Positions 55,006-64,000 of a DNA stretch of 64,000 nucleotides are shown here, one piece after another (position 1 is the first letter of the stretch; each line of letters starts with the position of its first letter). The translations under genes were made by a program, and so were the position numbers. Source of the stretch: Trichoplax adhaerens (taxonomy: Eukaryota > Animalia > Placozoa); assembly GCF_000150275.1 (NCBI RefSeq), contig NW_002060944.1:9217268-9281267 (forward strand). Reading direction: 5' to 3'. The notes beneath the pieces are model-generated. The model was not told the origin of the DNA. It saw only the letters and a list, made by a program, of their open reading frames with translations, and searched no databases.

Positions 55006-56746
55006 TTCTACAGCCGATACCAATTAGCTGTAACCAGTAAGTGCAACTAATGATAGTTTTTTCTAATGCTCTACTAGTCTATATTATCACAACTGAACAG
55101 CTTGCTTCCAGCAGTTAGCTTTTATATTACAGTAGAATACGCGTATGTTTATCTATAAAAATTTCAATCAATGACTAAATTATTGTTATAATGAAAAGGC
55201 ACCACATCTGGAAAGCGAGCACTCAATATAGTACATAGATAGATATTATATCGAGACTTATTTCCTTCCTTTATTAAATTAGGTAAACGCATTAGCAGAC
55301 GACTAAATATAATAACATTGAAAGTTAATCATTTTATCTATTCGTATATTTACAGTCCCATAATTTAATATTGACCTTGATATAAACCTATCAAAGCATG
55401 GGTAAACCCATCCCGTCTACGATTATTCACGCTAAATTGTATATAGGAAAATAAAAGATTGGACAACATATGGTGTCTAGATTTCCTTTGGGTTTCTTTT
55501 TACCTACAGATGGCGTACCATTATCACGAGCCGGTGTTATTCTGGTCACGCTTAATCTAGGCAAGGAAATCGTAATAACTTAATGATTCAAAACAAATAC
55601 TGTGCGATTAATTTTGGAGATGGAGGGAGAATCTTTGCCTTTCGAGCTATTTAGCTAGAATAAGGTTTACAGTGAATGAATTTGTAGTTAATTAAAGTTG
55701 GATGTTGCACAACAGTACATTCATTTCTATTTTATTGTTGCTAAAAAGGTTAGTATAAATAGGATGAAGTGGTAAGTCTGAAATACGGTACGTCGACAAT
55801 GTTGTAGAATTTGAGTGAAATTCACTAGTTTTGGAGTGCCTGGCGGAAGTCTTTTATTTATTTTAATAAACGGGCACGTTCATACTGATTGTCAAGAAAA
55901 GGTTGACTTAGGAAGCCTGATGATTCTCCTTAAATTAGCTTTTATTGATTGATTAATGGAGATAGTACAATTAAACCTGTTATCATGACAGCCTCCAAAT
56001 ATATATTGTAAACACCCTTCGCCAAACAACCCTAACGAAAAGCCACTACAATGGCACTTTAATCAATAACAACACCAAAATAAATTTTACTTACGGATGT
56101 ATAAATCTGCCAAATAAGGTACTAAATTATGTCTATAACGTCACAGTAATTATAATCTTCTCAATTAATATCCATGATAGAAAATTGTTATTAGTCACAA
56201 CATTATCTAAGAGCATAAATGAAAACGAAGAACAATATCGGTATACTACAGTATAGTACATTAATCAATACTAAAAATGAGGTTACTAATAGTAGGTCCA
56301 GCTATAAATACAAGATAGTACACATATAGTTTGTGGCGTATACGATAACACCATCATTATATGCAGCATATAAATATCTATTTACATATATTATCATAAA
56401 AGAATATGGTCTCAAATTAAGTTGTATTAATTTCATATTCAATTACAAAGTAATTTGTTGCAAATCGCGTTTTTGCTATTAAATCATGTGTAAATGCTAC
56501 ACCATTATCATACACATTTCATGTATTAGTCAGAAGATCATAAAAATGGAACATGTGTTGCTGATATAACATCCGATAGAGTCACTTATTGATCGGTGCA
56601 AGTGTGAGCTCATCAAAGTCAGGTAATTGAAATGTCATCAATGCAATTGTCTCATGCAGTAAAGAAGAAATTTTAAGGCCGTATAATATCAGTGTAATTA
56701 AGACAAAATGAACTCAATTCAATATTTAGATTAATCTTGAGATTTT

Positions 56747-59700
56747 TCATCCAAGGCTAGTCAATACATTATGCGTTTGTTTTGTGTCAATATAGGTCTC
56801 ATCCTTACTAATGATCACATTGTTTTCGCGTAGAAATTTAATGCAACCATCTTTATTGCAGTATCCTAATTCTTCCATTACTTTCACGACAGGAATTTGA
56901 GGGCGATAACTGTAAGATTCCAGTATTTTAAAAATAAATGGTAGTAAAAACAATATTTAAAATATTTCTATACCTTGCTTTAAAAAAGTACCCTACAACA
57001 ATGCTTAAATGCAAATATTGACAAAAACTTACGCTTTACAAATTATTTTTAGAGCCAGTAGTCTTTCTCTATCGACAAACATATCTATTAAATACCCCGT
57101 CATTAATGGTGCTTTTAGGTACAATTTAAAAAATCTATGATAATTGGATAACTCCCAAGCGGATCGAACTGCTAAGGCGTATTTTATCACCGATTCCTTT
57201 TTTACTGAATCAGATAGAAGTGACAAAACAGAACTTATCTGTACGTAAGATTAAGGATTATAATATATTATTACTGACTTATTGTAATTTAAGCATCAAT
57301 ATATTGTTATTGGTGTAAGAAATATTTTTGATTATGACAAAAAAGGATATCTAAAGATTTTTTGGTAAACAAGTAATAGATTATTCTATAGGCAGTAAAT
57401 TCCATTACGCTTCCTTCAATTGCATCGGCATACAGGGATATTAATTGTGTCTGACATTGATTAAACTCTTCATGGTCTCCCTAAATCGAACCAAGAATTT
57501 ATCAGGTTACTTATAGCCACAGTAGTGTACATACAGTAAAGACTTCGATATTCTAATTTTATTACCTTTTCTAAAGCAATCCTTGCGTGATTTTCATATA
57601 CTGTAACAGTAAACGCATCACGAATACATTGTACCTATAAAATTAAATATCACAATAAGCAAATAGTTAATCGAGCGTAGACATAATGATGGTTGTTTAC
57701 TAACAATTGTAATCTTAAAAGCAATTTTGTCACCAAAACGCGCAAAGTTACCGTAAGATCTTGTCGTATTGATTTCAGTTGTTCGCAGGCATATACGTAG
57801 TCATGATTTTCTTTCCATTTTGCTTTGACGTGCTGTAGGGATTTTCTTAATATAGAAATAGGTCTTACAGTGGAAGGATCCGGAGCCTTGTTAATTTAAG
57901 AAATAATGGATGTTAGAATAACATGAAAAAATAGTGGATGTTGTAATCCATGCTTATGAAATCAAGTTACCGTAGTCAATCGTAAATATTGTTTTTCAAT
58001 ATCGGCACAAGTGCCAACAATTGCAAAATCATTCCAATTGACTTCCTCTTCATTATGATTAATCTATAAAAATGAGCATTGTACTTAAATTCCCTTCAAG
58101 GAGGTAAACAATTTAATTCTGTTATTCCAAGTATAGTAAATTTAAATGACGTACACGCTGAAAATTTGGCGCTTTGTTAGGTTTTTGAAATCTTTTTCCT
58201 CTTTCTTCTTTACGTTGATCGTTCCCGAGGTTCTTGGTAAACATCGGACTAATTCGAAAATCAATGAAAAAATAATGCCCGTATTAAGCATAGTTCGAAT
58301 TTGCATATCCAGCTTTAAATTGCTACCATTATCTCCGCTCTTATACACTATTATAGTCATACTACATACTTATTCGGTAAGGGTGCTGCTTTCCTGTTAG
58401 CATTCTTGCCTTTCCTTTTCTTTTTCCCTGAAGCTTCCAATGGAATAAATTCTTCTGAATTACGAGCAACAGGCTTTTCGCGATTATCACCAAGTCTACC
58501 ACGTAATCGATCTGATAGGGAAGATTGGCTTTCAGCATTATTTTCCTTTTTGAGATTATCGCTCCTAGACTCAAGATCCCATCGAGACGGAGGACGTTTT
58601 CTTTTTTGTTTGTTCTGCTGGCTAGATAGTTATAGATGCATGAGTTAGTAGAGCTTATACATCTGGATATTGTAAAACTAAAACGATTTCATTTAATTGT
58701 AAATTACAGAGGTAACGGTTCATTGTCCCAGTTCGTTGACCAAGCTGTTCCATCTTGAAATTTTTTCGATAATGTGTTTTTCAAAAATTTTTCAACTACA
58801 TCTTTATCCCTTTCGTCCTGGCATTGCTTGAAAGCCCGATGGATATAATCACTGTAAAATAGATGGTATAAGTTTTAATTCTTTTCATCGAAAATTTGTC
58901 TACTTTCGTTTACCAACAAACAACTTTGCAAGAATTAGGATAAAAGTGTACAATATACATAATATATTTTCAATTAATATCATATTACCGTAGCGGAGGA
59001 GGCCACTTACTGGATTGCAATGTTGTCCAATGAAACAGTTTTAACAAATGATGGGAGTTAAAAATGTTAGTACAGACTTCAATCTTAAGACTGATTAATT
59101 TATTCAAACGAATTTGAAATTAGCGCAAATTTTGGAGGGAAGGAAAAGACAATATCTTTTTGTTTTGGTGTTGGAATTGTTACCTGGCATCCATTGCACT
59201 ATCATTTGAATTTGATTCTTGATTTTTCGTATTGGCAGAAGATGAAAATGCTTCATCATCGTCAACTGGCCGAAAGGCGGCAGGAGCAGGATTTAGTGGT
59301 TTTTTCGTTACGATGTTAAACTTGTGTTTGACAGTATAAGCAGGCGCCGTATTTACATTACCTAAAAATGTTATGATAAATTGAAGATCAGGTTATCCGA
59401 TTGCGGATTTTAAAAAGGGTATAGTTCAACAGAAATAGTGGTTTTTGTGGATCTATTTGATGTAGTCTATTCATCCATGTAGAAAGTTATCATGGTATAT
59501 ATCGTATATATATAATAGGCCAAAGGACTAGCGTGTTCAAATCAAAGACACAATTTCGAAAGTTGATCTTACTTTTGACCGGAGTGGTACGATTTTGATC
59601 AGGTGGGATCGAAGGAGAACCAAATCGGGGCAATTTAGGACTTGGCAGATTAGGTCTAACGTTAGGTCGAGTTGTATTAGGTCTAATGACATTTGCAATT

Positions 59701-61179
59701 GGGGGATTTCTTGCTTGGCTAGGTGTATTGCTTTCGACAGTCCTGTTTTGCATGTTATTGGTAGGAGCTGTAGATTTAGAAATTGTTGAGGATAAATTTG
59801 AAGTCGGACGAGGTAGTCTCATGGGTGGCACATTTGGCGGCTAGCCATGAAAGGCGAAGATGATTGATTATGATTAGTACAAGAGAGACACATCTTCAAA
59901 TGATATCTAATTTGTCATCTCACAACAATATAAATTTGCAATGAATCTTTACAGATTATAGAGGGTAAATTCTTACCATTTGATAAAATGGTGTCGAAGT
60001 ATATGGGCTATATGTTGTGTAATTACCATATACTCCATACCTTGATGAATATAATCAAATGGGCAAGATTAATGGAATTTCAAAAGCGCTATAGCAATTG
60101 TGCAAGCATATTAATATTACGTATACTGCAGCATAAAAGTAATATTCACAAGTATAGATTCAAATACATAAGTTACTATTGAAAAGGCGACCACATTTGA
60201 TCTACGTCATTTTCTCCATCTAGGATACTCAATTACTACAGTTAAGGTCGTGAATTTATGACTTACATGTATTTTCTGTACAGATGTCAAAGTTAACGAG
60301 AAAGCAATAACAAGAAAAGATTTTATTGGGATAAGATCTTGTCCTCTATACTGCATTTAGATCGTTGGAAGTGACAAGATATGACATCACGATAGTTTTG
60401 CTAATTCTACCGGCTTACTTACCCTGAATATTGCATTTGATACTGAGGTACTTGATAGTAAGATTGCTGTGGATTGGCAGGCTGCTGTGATTTACTATTC
60501 GCAACACTACTCGTTGTTGTGGAAGTAGATGAACTAGAAGTATTAATATTAGCTGCTTGCAGAGCTTTTCTAGCCTTTTCCCATTCTGGATTTTCAGTCG
60601 ATGCTGTTGTGGTATTGGTAGTAGACTGAGTTGATGTCGTTGTATTACTACTACCATATTGATAAGTTTGAGACCTGCAAGTTTAATATCGCAAAATAGC
60701 GTCGTTAATATACCATTGATTGTACTTCACTAGCATGATCATTCGGTTAATACGAATGATATGGACTTATCGAAGGATAGAAATGACTTTGAATCACTGC
60801 TACAGGATAAATAATGGATGATTCTAATGAATTCTTATTAAATTAACTAACGCATTTGCCATCAAGTGAAGCTGACCGCAATCCTATCGTGGTCAAGATT
60901 ATTATATTAGGAGCAATTAACGCTGATTCAATATAATATTGTCAATTCAAGTGGAAATGTGTGAATCATGCTCATGGCAATAGCTTCTCTAACAGGAAAT
61001 TCAATAGCCGTTAAGTCGAGTTTTGTAATCATTTCCTATTTAATTGAGTTGACCTGGTGACTAGAGGAGAACTATTGATATAATCGATTATATCCATTCT
61101 CAGTTTAACTGGCATTAGCCAAGACTTACCATTGAGAAGTAGCCGCTGGATTATTCGCATTCCAGCCACCTGACCACAT
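56747..61179 (-). CDS. LENG8: LENG8/THP3, SAC3/GANP-family PCI-domain protein, multi-exon
   Basis: [16 protein letters not shown]...[11 protein letters not shown]; [26 protein letters not shown]; [16 protein letters not shown]; [24 protein letters not shown]; EFTAYRIIY; NYHRFFKLY...[17 protein letters not shown]. Confidence 0.93.
57241..57350 (-). other. U12-type (minor spliceosome) AT-AC intron in LENG8
   Basis: On the minus strand the intron begins ATATCCTTT, has branch site TCCTTAAT 9 nt before the end and ends in AC. Splicing restores the frame [15 protein letters not shown]. There is no GT donor at this junction. Confidence 0.9.
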
Positions 61180-62035
61180 CTTAAGGCTATGATCACCGTA
61201 ACAAGTAACTGCTTTGACTAAATGATTTGGTCAATTGTAATACAATTTCAAAACTGAATTGAAGTTTGTATAGAGAAAAGATGAGTAAACGAAGGAGAAT
61301 TAACTGCTAGCACGTTTTTGATCTGTTGCTGTAATGATCGTTGAAAAGTTGCAATAATACTATTTCAAAATGGCAAAACGATGATGGCATGAATAATGGG
61401 TTAGTCTTCTATTGCATCATGAGGTAATCAACCTGTCGTCAATGATGGTTTTGCGTAGTCTAAGATAAAGAAGTGAAAGAAAGGATCAACACGATTGAAA
61501 TTGGACTTTTTCCACTATCACTCGTATCGAGCATGGGATCTTGACTTTTGAGATAGCTGCTAAGAGTTTGGTTTGCCCTTTTCCACTTGCAGTTGACGAT
61601 CATTCATTTGCCAGCAGCTGTAGTGCTGGTCTTACTCTTGGATGTCCCTTTTGTGGTAAGATCGATTGGCTTAAGATAGCCAATGCAAGTTCACGATCGA
61701 TTCTACACCAAGAGGATCAAGTTAATCAATAGAATGGAGGAGAATAGTGTGATTTCAATGATGTATAGCAAGGAGAATCTGCAATTTACCTGCAGGAAAT
61801 GCAATCCACTTTCAGCTGCAATGATCAATATTGTGTGGCTGGCGATCAACTGAATGATTCTTCATGGCGTTTCTCTTACCACGCGTTGGAATACTATTTA
61901 GTATAAGCGTCTTGGGTCCTGTATCAGACAGTGATGACAAAGGCTTTTGATCTCGTCTTTTTCCTAGACTAGTGCAACTAGAACGCATGCGCGAACTGCA
62001 CTAGGCGATGGGGTGTTCGTTGAGGATGGACGGAC

Positions 62036-62850
62036 GCTCTCTCTCTCTCTCTCTCTCTTCAGCCTAGTGACTGTTTTAGCAATGACTTCGAGTACTGTAC
62101 TGTACTGTAGTCTACAGTATGTGCATGGTCAACATGGTACATGGCAGAAAGTTGGAGAGGAAGAAATTCTTTTTTTCTCTTTTACAAGCCCTGACCATGT
62201 CATACCTGAACATCGTGTACATGTAAATATGTACCTGATCGATTTATACCCTTTATGTTCGCTGGTCCATGGACCTCGACAACGGCTACTCAATCAAAAT
62301 GGTACGCGGTAGCATTTTGATTGAGTAATCCTTGACCTCTACACTGAATCTACAGTACTGTAATATTGACTAGGCCAAACTGGAGAGTACTGTACATTGT
62401 ACAGGGTACAATCACTGTCCTAAATTCTCAGTATGGTTGGTAGAATGGTATCTTCTGTATTTCTAGAGTTCCATATTCCGTTCCATTCAGCTATTATGAC
62501 TTTTGTGTGCTTATGGACTCTATTATAGACAGTGGAAGAGCATTTTTGAAGATGTATTTTATATACTGCAGTCGCATTAGCTTCATAGAATAGTAGATTG
62601 CCACATCCATCCTCCCTCTATTCCATCTTGGTACAGTATCGATCCTTTTCAGACGGATGTCCGTCCATCCAACATTAGCGTAAGATATGGCTATGCTGAA
62701 CTTTCAGTACAGTACTGTACTGTACTGAAAGCGTTGTTACCAAGGAGACCAGTCCGTAGCCACTTCTATTGCGGCCCATTTTGTGTGAATTTGGCAGTAC
62801 TGTGCTGTACAATAGTGGTAGATCGTTGTAAGTAGTAAGTACAGTAAAGT
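62036..62850. promoter_or_regulatory. (CT)n tract and GTACTGTA/TACAGTAC motif clusters upstream of LENG8
   Basis: (ct)n at ~62037-62058; agtactgtactgtactgtagtctacagta at ~62091; tacagtactgta at ~62351; cagtacagtactgtactgtactg at ~62705. Confidence 0.45.
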
Positions 62851-62954
62851 GAGTAGAGTGAATATCGCGCATTCTGACAGGTCTATCAAATGGTAATACT
62901 ATCTGTTAAATGAGCACATTATCGTAAACCGTTAGCAAAGCGACGGGAGTTGCA

Positions 62955-63004
62955 NNNNNNNNNNNNNNNNNNNNNNNNNNNNNNNNNNNNNNNNNNNNNN
63001 NNNN
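62955..63004. other. Assembly gap (50 N)
   Basis: Run of n characters. Confidence 1.
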
Positions 63005-64000
63005 ATCGAGATGCGTATGCAAGCGCCTTATTAGTTTGCTTTTCCTCCCCAGCGACCACTACAGCTAGTACTTGTGTACAGAACGCGAATGCTAAATCCT
63101 ACTACACTCCATGCTTTTACCAGTAAAGGAAAGCATCGAGATGCGTATGCGAGCGCCTTATTAGTTTGCTGTTCCTCCAAAGCGTCGACTACAGCTAGTA
63201 CTTGTGTACAGAACGCGAATGCTAAATCCTACTACACTCCATGCTTTTACCAGTAAAGGAAAGCATCGAGATGCGTATGCGAGCGCCTTATTAGTTTGCT
63301 TTTCCTCCAAAGCGTCGACTACTGCTTCTACTGTTGAGCCCAAGCTGTGCCAGCTCGGATCGATTCAAGTTACAACCAGTGTTTAACACTCGTTAAAACC
63401 GGTGTTAACACTGGTTAACACTCGTTAAAACCGGTGTTAACACTGGTTAACACCGGTTTTACCGCTTGGTACGGTCCGATACGATACGGTTCGTTTTGCT
63501 TTCGACTAGAAATGAAGTCCGGGACTGGACTACAGTGTACAGTGTACAGTGTACAGTACCCTTAGACATCCTTTAACTGGGTCTCATTGTACTGTACGGT
63601 ACAGTACACCATCGGCAATCCGATCAAAGCCGCGACGTCCAGTTGTTCCTTTTCTCATTGGCAATTTCAGGCGGCGATTTATTCTTTTGCTACATCATCT
63701 CGATCCTATCGCCAAAGGATACTACGCCTTCAATTAATAACAAATCATATTGATATTATTAGGGTATTAGTGCAGCAGAGATTCTCACTTTGGAAAGGGC
63801 ATTCACTGCCGTCTGGGCCTGTAGAATATTGATCCAGTGATACTTACTGTACAGTACAATAAATCATCGACAATGGCTGATAATTATCAATTCGATAGCA
63901 GTTTAAAGAATTCTCTTCAAGAGGAAGATCCTGANATCTATCACTTAATCTGCAAAGAGAAAAAACGCCAAAGGCTTGGTTTAGAATTGATTGCGTCAGA
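63005..64000 (+). repeat. Near-identical direct copy of 12657-13652 (130-bp array end, palindrome, SHMT promoter and 5' CDS)
   Basis: Constant offset of 50,348 bp; the only differences seen are in the first ~55 nt after the gap and one n at 63935. Confidence 0.97.
63873..64000 (+). CDS. SHMT1: Second copy of the SHMT 5' end, running off the window
   Basis: [20 protein letters not shown](x)[21 protein letters not shown], identical to the sequence from 13525. Confidence 0.75.
   Translation, partial: MADNYQFDSSLKNSLQEEDPXIYHLICKEKKRQRLGLELIAS

Overview
AT-rich eukaryotic (animal) genomic DNA with compact genes and many short (~80-110 nt) introns. The overall style suggests a placozoan such as Trichoplax, which is an inference. 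Reading spliced exons by hand gives eight protein-coding genes: MRPS18A-like (-), an intronless cytosolic SHMT (+), TSEN54 (-), the atypical myosin Dachs/myosin-XX (-), CCP110 (-), two tandem paralogous secreted 8-Cys proteins of unknown function (-) and LENG8/THP3 (-). After a 50-N gap, the last ~1 kb re-starts the SHMT locus (offset 50,348 bp), which is either a segmental duplication or an assembly artefact. Non-coding highlights are a U12-type AT-AC intron in LENG8, a 176-bp hAT-type MITE with an 8-bp target-site duplication, and a Helitron-like 3' end. The divergent MRPS18A-SHMT promoter holds a structured 130/147-bp tandem array, a perfect palindrome and a cluster of related hairpins. A TACAGTAC/GTACTGTA motif is concentrated near housekeeping-gene starts, and there are several minisatellites. 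No CRISPR array, rRNA or convincing tRNA was found. Exon boundaries were read by eye and need RNA-seq confirmation.
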